Below, piece by piece: positions 9,776-19,459 of a stretch of 50,988 bases of DNA (positions are counted from its first letter, which is position 1; the number at the start of each line of letters is the position of its first letter). Both the position numbers and the translations under genes were made by a program. Origin of the DNA: Muribaculaceae bacterium. GTDB taxonomy: Bacteria > Bacteroidota > Bacteroidia > Bacteroidales > Muribaculaceae. The notes under the pieces are model-generated. The model did not search any database. It was given only the letters and a program-made list of their open reading frames with translations, and was not told the DNA's origin. The DNA is taken from contig JAIDJJ010000328.1 in the NCBI GenBank assembly GCA_029052265.1, positions 1 to 50,988 of the forward strand. The letters are read 5' to 3'.

Positions 9776-10198
9776 TTATTTTATTGTGGACCAGAGCTTG
9801 AGCGCGGCATCTTCATGCGCCTCCATGACCTCCCGCTCACCCGGACCTTTGTCGTCTATCCCACACAGATGAAGAAGACCGTGGGCTACAACTCTCAATA
9901 ATTCAGTCTCGTATGCAACCTTAAGCCCTTCTGCATTGCTTCTGACTGTATCAAGAGATATAAAAAGGTCTCCGCCTACTCTATTACGGTGGGAATAATC
10001 AAACGTGATGATGTCAGTATAATAATCATGGCGCAGGAATGCCCTGTTCACTCTTAGTATTTCCTCATCATCACAAAAGAGATAATTAAGATTGCCGATA
10101 TGCCTGTCGTGCATGGATGCGATTTCTCCGAGCCAACGGCAGACTTTATCAAAATCCAGCTCCGGCATCTCTACATTCTTTGTCTCAAATTCTATCAT
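9776..10198 (-). CDS. ybeY: rRNA maturation endoribonuclease YbeY
   Basis: TDIITF and HGLLHLCGIDD metal motif. Confidence 0.95.
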   Translation of the reverse strand: MIEFETKNVEMPELDFDKVCRWLGEIASMHDRHIGNLNYLFCDDEEILRVNRAFLRHDYYTDIITFDYSHRNRVGGDLFISLDTVRSNAEGLKVAYETELLRVVAHGLLHLCGIDDKGPGEREVMEAHEDAALKLWSTIK

Positions 10199-10474
10199 AA
10201 TTAAGTTGTTTAAACTTTTTTCGGAGATTGATTTAAATATGGTCTTTTAATTCAAAACACCATTTTCCCAATCTTCGGTCATCTTTTCAGCCGATTCCAA
10301 ACCTTTCACCGGTCGTTTAGCCGGCAAACACCCTACCCTATTCCAGTTTCAAAATCGCCTTAAAATTCGGACGGATCTTGAAAAAGAAAAAATTCAAATC
10401 ACTTCAATAAACAAATTTCAAGACCTTGGATAAAAACAAGTGTCCTGACAAAAGAAGCTATTTAAACTTCAATG

Positions 10475-10505
10475 CAAAAATACAAAAAAAACGGTCATCC
10501 ACAAT
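10475..10505 (-). promoter_or_regulatory. Probable sigma-A promoter for ybeY-mnmG (leader about 270 nt)
   Basis: TATTTTTG (10482-10475) with ATTG 19 nt upstream. Confidence 0.6.
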
Positions 10506-11034
10506 CTCCATAATCAAATTTATTACGCACACGTCAATTTTGAAGCGACATCAATGAACATTGGCTAAATTTTCCCAAAATTCAATTTTTCTGTAATAAA
10601 ATACGAATCAGTCAATAACTTCCATTACAAACTGAGCACAAGCACATTACATCCAATTTTAGCAAATTTAAGCGGCATGAGATTTAAATATTATAAGATT
10701 TACAGGTATTTGACCACAATTTTAACAATCTCAATTCTCACTATCAGGCAAATTTTCTCCCAAATCACCAGAATTAATTTTGTTCAGGTAAAATTCTCGC
10801 ACAATTTATAATGCATTTTATAATTTAACATCAAACTCAGACCTTATGAAATTTTTTGACACAAGGTTAAGCGCGCTGTAAGAGTGTGTTTACTTTTGGC
10901 ATAAGTTAAGATTTAGAAAGAGTTTTTGAGGTTGTTTTGAGACTGAGTGAAGGAGTTATGGGGTTCCATAACGACTGAATGAAGGCTTAAAACAAGCCAA
11001 AAAGACTTCTAAAGATTTCTTAATGTTAAACTTA

Positions 11035-11066
11035 ATTGCAGAAAAGAGATGTAGTTATTATCTTTG
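11035..11066 (+). promoter_or_regulatory. Sigma-A promoter of the AAA gene
   Basis: ATTG, 20-nt spacer, TATCTTTG, 26 nt upstream of the ATG. Confidence 0.7.
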
Positions 11067-11092
11067 TAAAATAAAACCAACCGCGCGAAGAT

Positions 11093-12421
11093 ATGAAGAC
11101 TCAAAGATTTCCCGTCGGCATTGAGACTTTTTCCATCATCAGGGAAGATGGGTTTGTTTATGTCGACAAGACTGAATACATACATCAGCTTGTTTCCGAC
11201 AGCGGGCTATATTTCCTGAGCCGTCCAAGACGATTCGGGAAAAGCCTTCTTCTTTCCACCATCGAGGCGTTCTTTACCGGCAGACGCGAGCTTTTTAAAG
11301 GTCTCGCCATAGATTCATACAACCATTCCTGGGAAAGACATCCGGTGTTCCGTCTTAATTTCGTCAATGCCGCCCTATCGTCCGTCGACGGACTGAAATC
11401 ATTGATGCATTCTTATCTTTGCAGCTGGGAAAGTAAATATGGCATCACGGACACCGGTTTCGACTATCCACAAAGATTCCAGAGATGCATCGAGGCAGCC
11501 GTGAACTGTACAGGTAAAAAGGCTGTAATCCTGATTGACGAATACGACAAGGCTCTTGTTTCTTCATTAGATGACGCTGAGCTTAACGGGCAATTCCGCG
11601 CATTTTTAAAACCTATATACGGCACTCTTAAGGCTGCCGGGGCTCATATACGCTTTGCCCTGATCACAGGCGTGAGCCGCTTTTCAAGACTAAGCATTTT
11701 CAGCGATATAAACAATCTTTCCGACATATCCTTCTCTGACAGATTTGCCGCCATCTGTGGAATAACTGAAGAAGAAATGCTGACACAATGCCAAGGGGGA
11801 ATCCGGGAACTTGCAGAATACATGGGAGTGGATTATTCCCACATGACACAGATCCTTAAGAGGCAATACGACGGCTACCATTTCACCCCGGAGTGTCCCG
11901 ACATATACAACCCATTCAGCCTCTTTTCTGCTTTCCAGCTGAAGGCTATCGATAATTATTGGTTTGCCACCGGCACTCCGACCTTCCTTATAAGGTCGCT
12001 GAGAAACAGCGGCACTTATCTCCCTGACCTCCTGCATAATGAGGCAGATGTGACAGAACTCTCCGATATCGATTCCTATCAAAGTTCTGCAATTGGATTG
12101 CTTTTCCAAACCGGATATCTTACAATAAAGAGGTTTGATCCTGACTATCAGACCTATTTATTGGGATTGCCTAATCTTGAGGTTGCCAACGGCTTTTTTA
12201 AAGACCTCCTGCCGGAATATATGGACACTTCCAAAAGCGCAGGGTTCAAGGAGATCAGAGCTTTTATAAAAGACGTAAAGGAAGGAGATCCGGAGTCGTT
12301 CATTATCCGGCTGCAAAGCTTCCTTGCAGACATCCCGTACGAAAATCTCCTTCTCTTCCACAACCCGCAATATCGACCGCTGGGTAATACTTTGATATCC
12401 AATAATTATCACACATTATAA
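11093..12421 (+). pseudogene. AAA-ATPase-like / PD-(D/E)XK (PDDEXK_9-type) protein with internal deletion of the nuclease domain
   Basis: PVGIETF, YVDKT, Walker A SRPRRFGKS, Walker B ILIDEYD and WFATGTP. Homology stops at LADIPYE; the family's native C-terminus ISFSSTTRNIDRWVIL* lies in the +1 frame at 12345-12395. Confidence 0.85.
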
Positions 12422-12433
12422 ATATATACAATC

Positions 12434-13294
12434 ATGAAATCATTTCTTCTGACTTTATTAGTTTTCTTGGCTATCCCCATCAAAACATATGCACAATATT
12501 TCATTCTTCCTGAAGAGGATAGCGAGAGTTGTAGAGGAAAATCAAAAGTAGCTAAAACTGTTGTTATAGACACTGCTAAACATGAAATTATCTACCTCCA
12601 TAGTTACAAAGACAAAAATATTGAGCAGATAAAAACAGATTATGAAATGCTGACCCTCGGAAATAAATTCAGATGGTATGGAGGATATGCTAATTATCAA
12701 CTTGATTCAATCCAACGCAAAGACCCAGAACTGATAATCCAAATGTCAGGAAATGAGTATGCCAAATTCAGGAGTAAATACAAAACTATTAATGATGAAT
12801 TAACCATACATATTGAAGATTCCGTTATCAACTATTACGGAAAGGTTTTTATAAACTATTTCAAATATCAAGAACCGCTACCAAAGTTTAAATGGAACCT
12901 TGAAGATGAATCCATGGAAATTATGGGATATGAATGCTATAAAGCAACAACAAGATGGAGAGGTCGCGATTGGACTGCATGGTATTGTGATATACCTGTA
13001 AGTGGGGGACCTTGGAAATTTAACGGTCTCCCTGGATTGATCCTCAGACTTGAAGATGCTGAAAGAACGCACGTCTTTGAAGCGATACAAACGAAAAACG
13101 ATATTTATAATTTCGGATATAAGAAAAGGTCGCATAGCAAAACTACAAGAGTAAAGTATAATGAGGCTTTAAAGGATTATAAAGAGAATTCCCGAAAAAT
13201 TTTGCAAAATTCCGGGATGGTTAAATATACAACGGAGGAAATTGAAAAATACAATCACAGTAAGTTTTTCTTCGCTCCTATCGAACTGGAATAA
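12434..13294 (+). CDS. GLPGLI family protein
   Basis: Signal peptide followed by Gln; GYECYKAT...RGRDWTAWY...GPWKFNGLPGLIL; ends PIELE. Visibly AT-richer than its neighbours. Confidence 0.92.
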   Translation: MKSFLLTLLVFLAIPIKTYAQYFILPEEDSESCRGKSKVAKTVVIDTAKHEIIYLHSYKDKNIEQIKTDYEMLTLGNKFRWYGGYANYQLDSIQRKDPELIIQMSGNEYAKFRSKYKTINDELTIHIEDSVINYYGKVFINYFKYQEPLPKFKWNLEDESMEIMGYECYKATTRWRGRDWTAWYCDIPVSGGPWKFNGLPGLILRLEDAERTHVFEAIQTKNDIYNFGYKKRSHSKTTRVKYNEALKDYKENSRKILQNSGMVKYTTEEIEKYNHSKFFFAPIELE

Positions 13295-13355
13295 GTTGAC
13301 AACAACAGGAATTTATGTGTTTGCATAAATTGTATTGTAATAAATCTTTTGGGAA

Positions 13356-15929
13356 ATGAGACACGCTTTGCTGACGATATTGCTTCTGTTTATCTTTGAC
13401 TGCACGGCTCAGATCGCAGTCACAGGGACTGTGTATGATTCCGAAAAGCATCCCGCCGGCGGCGTTATCGTAAGGCTGTATGTCGATGGAAAACCAAAGG
13501 CTTTCGCCACTTCCGCGAAAGACGGCTCATTTTCTCTAAAAACAGCATCCCCGGGAAAAGAGATGTATCTGAAGTTTCTGTCTCAAAACCACGAGACATT
13601 GGATATGCCTCTGACCGATTTTAAAGCCCCTGTCACGGCTTATCTTAAGGAAAAGGCATTCGTCCTTGAGGAAGTGACCGTAAAGGCTCCTGACCGCCGT
13701 ATTAAGGGCGACACGATTGTCTATGACGTAGCTGCCATGTCTAAGAAAGGAGACCGCTCGATCGAGGATGTGATCAAACGCCTCCCCGGAATTCAGGTAG
13801 ACGACCAGGGCGGAATCTCCTACGACGGAAAGAGCATAAAGCATTTCTACATAGAGGATATGGACCTTATGGGGAGGAATTATGCGGTGGCTTCGCGCAG
13901 CATAAACCCTGCCGACATATCGACGGTGAGTGTCTATGAACGCCATCAGGACAAGAAAATCCTGCAAGGCAGGGAAGATTCCGACAAGGCATCGCTCAAC
14001 CTTACGCTCAAGAAAGGAAGGATGCTGAAACCGATCGGCTATATGAGCGGAGGTGCGGGCGCGGAGGCGGGCGACGGCCTATTGTGGTCCGGCGATCTCT
14101 ACGGAATGCTGATCTCCCCTAAAAACCAAACCATTATTTCTGCAAAAGGGAACAATGACGGACATACTTTCGGATCTCGCAAGGGAGAGGACGCGATACA
14201 AGTCTTTTCTCCAGCCCCGTTCGGAGAACCGTCAATAAAACATGACCGCTTTGTCGACAACAAGTCGGCTTTCGCATCAGCAAACACCCTTGTGAAACTG
14301 AATAAAGATCTGACCGTAAAAATAAACTCCTCATACAGTTATAATAACGAACGTTTCAACGGACTGACCGTGACAGAATACCTTAATCCGGATTCGGAAG
14401 ATATATTGTATTCTGAATCTGTGGGCAACGATCTCGGTTATCAGAACATAGGGGTAAGCGCAAACATCGAAAACAATTCCACTAAATTTTATTTTTCCGA
14501 CACATTCGACTTCAACGGAAACTTCAGCCGCAATTCATACGGCATCGATGCCTCTGCCTTGTTCAATCAGAATCTGAAATCGGACAACTATAAGTTTTCC
14601 AACATTCTGAAAACAATGATCAACTCCGGAGAACGGATTTTTCAGATAAATTCCGAGACAAGATACAACAACTCCCCTTTGGGAGTGATGACCGCACGCA
14701 ACATTACAGACGATGCCGACGCCGTTTCGCAGGGTGTAAAAATGCGCTCTTTTTTCAACCGCGAAAGCACTGCCCTGTCGTGGTACCTAAAAAACGACAT
14801 CTCGGTTGGCACATCCCTCTCTTTTGAAATAAATCACGACTCCTTCTCCTCGTCTGCCGTAATACCCGGCAAGGACGACAGGAGAAACGACCTTTCCGGA
14901 TGGAGCATCGTCACCGGAGCCGAGCCTTTCTTCAAATGCAACATCTTGGGGGTGTCATGGAAAACCTCTTTACCTTTAAACTTATACAATCTCAGATATA
15001 GGGATATAATCACGGCGGATGTAAACAGGTTCAACAGGCTGCTTGTGGATTTCAACACATCCTTTTCAAAAAGAATAAACCAGCAGAATCATTTCTCAAT
15101 CTCTTTGGGGAGGAAAAACGAAGTGGGAGACATACGCGATTTTATCGATTCTCCGGTGTACACCACGTTCCGAAATTCCAGCACAATGGGTTCAGGCAAT
15201 CTCAAGAGGAGCCGCAACGATTTTGTGAGGGGGGCATATTCCTACCGTAATATACTTGAGGGACTTTATCTGACCGCCCAGATGTCGTATAAGAAAGTCA
15301 ATTACAACACCATTTCAATAAAAGACGTGAGTTCGTCGGGCACTTCGAGTTCTCTGGCAAACTCCAACAGCAACAGCGATCTGTTCACGGTCATTTTCAA
15401 CGGATCCAAAGACATAAGAAGCCTGAACACCACTTTCTATCTTACCGGCAACGCGATCTGGCAGCAAAGGGAAAGCATCCGGTCGTCTGTCAAGGTAAAC
15501 ACCAACAGCTCAGTCTATTTTGTCAGCGGGAAAGTGGAGACTTATCAATTTGCCAACATCCTGATGTTGTCGGCAAATGCCTCCTACACGACCCAGACAC
15601 AAACTTTTGGCGGTCTGCTCCCAAAAAACTCTACCAACAATCTCTCGATTTCAGGGAAAGCGGCTGTCTTTCCGGTAAAGAATATGGAAATATTTTATCT
15701 GATAGATTCTTTCCGTGTGAAACTCGGTGAAAACAACTACAAGAACAATACTTTCATGGACGCGGGCATCAAATATTCGATGCGCAGACTTGATCTTGAA
15801 CTATCCGCGCGCAATCTGACCGACATGAGAAATTACAGCTACACGCTGTATCATGACATGGACATCACCTACTCCTCTTATACACTGCGACCTTTCGAGA
15901 TCATCCTCTCCGCCAAATTCAGATTCTAA
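13356..15929 (+). CDS. Outer-membrane beta-barrel protein (TonB-dependent-receptor-like, N-terminal carboxypeptidase-regulatory-like domain)
   Basis: Signal peptide, LEEVTVKA, GDTIVY...IEDVIKRLPGIQV plug-like region, amphipathic strands, C-terminal Phe (SAKFRF). Confidence 0.85.
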   Translation: MRHALLTILLLFIFDCTAQIAVTGTVYDSEKHPAGGVIVRLYVDGKPKAFATSAKDGSFSLKTASPGKEMYLKFLSQNHETLDMPLTDFKAPVTAYLKEKAFVLEEVTVKAPDRRIKGDTIVYDVAAMSKKGDRSIEDVIKRLPGIQVDDQGGISYDGKSIKHFYIEDMDLMGRNYAVASRSINPADISTVSVYERHQDKKILQGREDSDKASLNLTLKKGRMLKPIGYMSGGAGAEAGDGLLWSGDLYGMLISPKNQTIISAKGNNDGHTFGSRKGEDAIQVFSPAPFGEPSIKHDRFVDNKSAFASANTLVKLNKDLTVKINSSYSYNNERFNGLTVTEYLNPDSEDILYSESVGNDLGYQNIGVSANIENNSTKFYFSDTFDFNGNFSRNSYGIDASALFNQNLKSDNYKFSNILKTMINSGERIFQINSETRYNNSPLGVMTARNITDDADAVSQGVKMRSFFNRESTALSWYLKNDISVGTSLSFEINHDSFSSSAVIPGKDDRRNDLSGWSIVTGAEPFFKCNILGVSWKTSLPLNLYNLRYRDIITADVNRFNRLLVDFNTSFSKRINQQNHFSISLGRKNEVGDIRDFIDSPVYTTFRNSSTMGSGNLKRSRNDFVRGAYSYRNILEGLYLTAQMSYKKVNYNTISIKDVSSSGTSSSLANSNSNSDLFTVIFNGSKDIRSLNTTFYLTGNAIWQQRESIRSSVKVNTNSSVYFVSGKVETYQFANILMLSANASYTTQTQTFGGLLPKNSTNNLSISGKAAVFPVKNMEIFYLIDSFRVKLGENNYKNNTFMDAGIKYSMRRLDLELSARNLTDMRNYSYTLYHDMDITYSSYTLRPFEIILSAKFRF

Positions 15930-15996
15930 GAGCATATAACGTCCGCGAGTCCGCAGGAGATCTCTACACGCGAAGACTTACGTAACAAAAACCTCC

Positions 15997-16023
15997 CGCA
16001 GAGGCGCAGAGGACTCGCAGAGG
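15997..16023 (+). repeat. Three direct CGCAGAGG repeats
   Basis: CGCAGAGG at 15997, 16005 and 16016. Confidence 0.7.
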
Positions 16024-16203
16024 TGATTTTCATAGCACCTACAATCTCAATATCTCCTGATCGACAATATCTCTATTTTCCAGAACCAAATAAACAAAAA
16101 ATAACCGTAAACGCGGACATGCAAAAGATATCCGCTCAATCCGCCACCTACTATCCATCTTCCAAGGTAAAGAAAAGCGCAGACAGCGCCATCGACCTCC
16201 TAA

Positions 16204-16440
16204 AAAGAAAACTCATGGAACCTCTCGCTGAACGCGAAAAATGTTTTCAGAAACGATTATTTCGCACAAAAAGTTTTCCTTTCAACTCCCGATTATGGAA
16301 ACATACAGGATTTCCGACTGCCGTCATACCACGCAGCACTGGAAATTTCAGCGTCCTACACATTCGGATACGGTAAGAAAGTAGCAAGCCGCAACGAGAT
16401 CGGAGAACAATGGGGAGCATCCTCCGCAATCTTGAAATGA
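16204..16440 (+). pseudogene. 3' remnant of an outer-membrane beta-barrel gene (not in ORF track)
   Basis: A start-less open frame reads NSWNLSLNAKNVFRNDY...YHAALEISASYTFGYGKKVASRNEIGEQWGASSAILK*, a C-terminus I recognise from Bacteroidales OM barrel proteins. It is bounded upstream by TAA at 16201. Confidence 0.75.
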
Positions 16441-16520
16441 CCTCTCCGGAAGGTTACAAAATACCGTTATTCCCCTCTCCCGCCACGTAATAAGAGCCCT
16501 CATGACGCGTTTATTATCCA

Positions 16521-19442
16521 GTGGGAAGAAACAGTCTGACACAAAAGCTACGGGATTGCCTCCGCCTGTCGTTACCGGCGGCGGCAATCCTGTGTCTTTT
16601 CGCATCCCTTGTATCCTGCGGCACAAAAAAGAATACCGCCACATCCCGCAACTGGCAGGCGTTCACCACCCGTTATAACGTATATTTCAACGGTTCGGAA
16701 CACTATAAGGAGACCCTGAAAGAGATGGAAAGCAAGTATGAAGACGATTATACGCGCCTGCTTCTAACCCATCCCGCCGAAGCCAGGGCTGATGCCAGAC
16801 TCCCCCAGCCTTCCGGCGATTTCAAACGGACCATCGAAAAGATGCAGAAAGCGATACAGCTGCATTCCATCTCCAAAAAACCACAGAAACGCAGCTCTTC
16901 TCAAAAAGAGAAAGAATTCAGGGCAAGAGGAGAGTTCAACCCATTCCTGCACAACGCCTGGCTTATGTTGGGGCGCGCGCAATATCTCGACGGGGACTTC
17001 CTCGGAGCAGCCACCACATTCCTCTATGTCACCAAGCATTTCACCTGGCTTCCCAACACCGTGACGGAAGCCCGCCTGTGGCAGGCAAGGTGCTACTGCG
17101 CCCTCGACTGGAACTATGAAGCGGAAAACGTATTGCATCTCGTAAAGGGAAAGGACCTGACTTCCAAACAGCTTTTGCACCTTTACAACATTGTCAACGC
17201 CGATTATTTCATACGCACACGGCAATATGACGAGGCGGTCCCATTCCTCCGGGAAGCAGCAGCCTCCGCATCGGGCTCTCAAAAAAACAGGCTGTGGTTC
17301 CTTCTCGGACAGATTTATTCATTGCTCGGCAAAAAGCAATTGGCATATGAGGCGTTCAAAAAAGCTGGAAGCGGTGCCTCCACATCCTACCGCACCAAAT
17401 TCAACGCCAGGATAAAACAGACGGAAGTGTATGCCGGAAGCAATATTGCCGGGGAGGTAAATTCCCTGAGATCAATGACAAAATTCGAACGCAACAAGGA
17501 ATTTCTCGACCAGATATATTATGCCATAGGCAACCTCTACCTCTCTCGTAAAGACACTGCCGAGGCGAAAAAGAATTATAGACTCGCAATAGAAAAATCA
17601 ACCCGCAACGGTATTGACAAGGCTCTTGCACAGATATCTCTCGGAAATATTTATTTCGACAAGGGGGAATATACGGAGGCGCAGCCTTGCTATTCCGAGG
17701 CGATACCTATGCTGCCCGATAATTTTCCGGAATACCGAAAGCTTTCATTGAGAAGCGATGTGCTTGACGAACTTGCGCTCTATCACGGAAATGTAGAGCT
17801 GCAGGATTCCCTCCTGCGCCTTGCAGCCATGTCGCCGGAAGAGCGCATGGCTGTCTGCAAGAACCTCGCTGACGATCTCATAAAGAAAGAAAAAGAGGAT
17901 GAGGAGGCTGCCAGACGTGACGAATTTCTTGCAAAACGGGAAGGGGAGACTTCCCCGATGGACAAAAACACTCCCGCAACTCCGGCTTTTTCAATGAATG
18001 CCGACAAATCATGGTATTTCTACAACAATATGACCAAAAACGCCGGAAAAGCTGAATTTCAACGGCGCTGGGGAGCCCGCAAACTCGAAGACGACTGGCG
18101 ACGCCGCAACAAATCCAGTTTCTCCTGGGAGAGCGATGAGGAGATCGAGAAGCCCGATGACGAAGCGATGTCTGACGACAAGCCCGACACTCCATCTGAT
18201 GGGAACGACACCCAAACTGATCCGGCAACCGACCCGCACAATCCGGAATATTACCTGAAACAGATCCCGTCAACCCCCTCCGAGATCCGGACCGCCAACG
18301 ATATAGTTCAGGAAGGGCTATACAACATAGCTCTGATACTCAAAGACAAACTTGAGGATTACAACGCCGCACGCATCCGCTTTGACGAACTCGACAGAAG
18401 GTATCCAGACAATATCTACCGCCTCGATGCATACTACAACATGTATATCATGGCTGTAAGGGAAAACAATCAGCCCCTGGCGGAAATGATGAGGCAGAAA
18501 ATCCTGTCGGACTTTCCGGATAGCCCCTATGGGCAGGCTATGGCAAATCCTGAATATTTCAACAATCTCAGGAAGATGCAGGAAAGGCAGGAAGAGAGAT
18601 ATGCCGATGCATATAAAGCCTATCTTGATGACAACAACACGGAAGTACACTCACTCACAAATAAGATGGAAGAGGAGTATCCCCTGTCGCCTATACTTCC
18701 CAAATTCGTCTTTATCGACGCACTCTCCTACCTCACGGAAGGCGACAACTCCAAATTCCGCGACCGGCTTACGGAACTTCTTCAGAAATGGCCCGACACC
18801 GACATGACCGACATGGCGTCGGCGATAATAAAAGGGCTGAATGCCGGAAGGAAACCTCATGCCGGATTGTCGAATGCAAAAGGGATGCTCTGGGAGACAC
18901 GTCTGTCAGACAACCTTCCGGAAGAGACGGAAGACGGTATGCCAGCAAATTTTGAAAGGGATCCCGACGCACCTCATTATCTTGTGCTCGCGTTCCCTCT
19001 CGACTCCGTAAACCCCAATGCGGTGCTTTACGACATCGCCCGGTTCAATTTCTCCTCTTTCGTGGTCAAGGACTTCGATCTCGAACCCATGAGATTCTCC
19101 AACATCGGTCTGCTCGTGGTCAAAGGGTTTGCAAACCTCAGGGAGCTACAGAACTACCGCACTGTAATGGAAAAGGGTGACATCAGGCTTCCCCGGGAGG
19201 TAAGACCCGTGTTGATATCAAAATATAATTTTGAACTTCTGCTGAGAGAAGGACGTTCTTTTGAAGAATACTTCCGCTTTCAGGAAGATGACGCAAAGGA
19301 AAAGGCGGAGGAAGACCTGCTCGGTCCGGACAGGACCATGCCGTCCCCTCCGCAACAGGATGATGCCGGCAAGGAAACCGACACGGAAGACGTTCCGCTT
19401 GAAGAATTCACTCCCTCCGCATTACAAATCTCTCAGGATTAA
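16521..19442 (+). CDS. porW: T9SS TPR lipoprotein PorW/SprE
   Basis: Lipobox LVSC, then TKKNT...TTRYNVYFNG, TPR repeats, WYFYN...FQRRWGARKLEDDWRR. Confidence 0.85.
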   Translation: MGRNSLTQKLRDCLRLSLPAAAILCLFASLVSCGTKKNTATSRNWQAFTTRYNVYFNGSEHYKETLKEMESKYEDDYTRLLLTHPAEARADARLPQPSGDFKRTIEKMQKAIQLHSISKKPQKRSSSQKEKEFRARGEFNPFLHNAWLMLGRAQYLDGDFLGAATTFLYVTKHFTWLPNTVTEARLWQARCYCALDWNYEAENVLHLVKGKDLTSKQLLHLYNIVNADYFIRTRQYDEAVPFLREAAASASGSQKNRLWFLLGQIYSLLGKKQLAYEAFKKAGSGASTSYRTKFNARIKQTEVYAGSNIAGEVNSLRSMTKFERNKEFLDQIYYAIGNLYLSRKDTAEAKKNYRLAIEKSTRNGIDKALAQISLGNIYFDKGEYTEAQPCYSEAIPMLPDNFPEYRKLSLRSDVLDELALYHGNVELQDSLLRLAAMSPEERMAVCKNLADDLIKKEKEDEEAARRDEFLAKREGETSPMDKNTPATPAFSMNADKSWYFYNNMTKNAGKAEFQRRWGARKLEDDWRRRNKSSFSWESDEEIEKPDDEAMSDDKPDTPSDGNDTQTDPATDPHNPEYYLKQIPSTPSEIRTANDIVQEGLYNIALILKDKLEDYNAARIRFDELDRRYPDNIYRLDAYYNMYIMAVRENNQPLAEMMRQKILSDFPDSPYGQAMANPEYFNNLRKMQERQEERYADAYKAYLDDNNTEVHSLTNKMEEEYPLSPILPKFVFIDALSYLTEGDNSKFRDRLTELLQKWPDTDMTDMASAIIKGLNAGRKPHAGLSNAKGMLWETRLSDNLPEETEDGMPANFERDPDAPHYLVLAFPLDSVNPNAVLYDIARFNFSSFVVKDFDLEPMRFSNIGLLVVKGFANLRELQNYRTVMEKGDIRLPREVRPVLISKYNFELLLREGRSFEEYFRFQEDDAKEKAEEDLLGPDRTMPSPPQQDDAGKETDTEDVPLEEFTPSALQISQD

Positions 19443-19459
19443 TCAAAACGCTATCGCCA

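Noticed and set aside
10199-11092. Firm oriC annotation
   Set aside because: Only degenerate DnaA boxes, and no apparent window-wide skew or gene-strand switch. Kept as a finding, not a feature.
16023-16376. 117-aa plus-strand ORF from the track
   Set aside because: No motif. It overlaps the barrel remnant in a different frame, which explains the coding-like character.
11093-16440. Mobile element or genomic island with its own mobility genes
   Set aside because: No integrase, transposase, terminal inverted repeats or target duplication that I can see.
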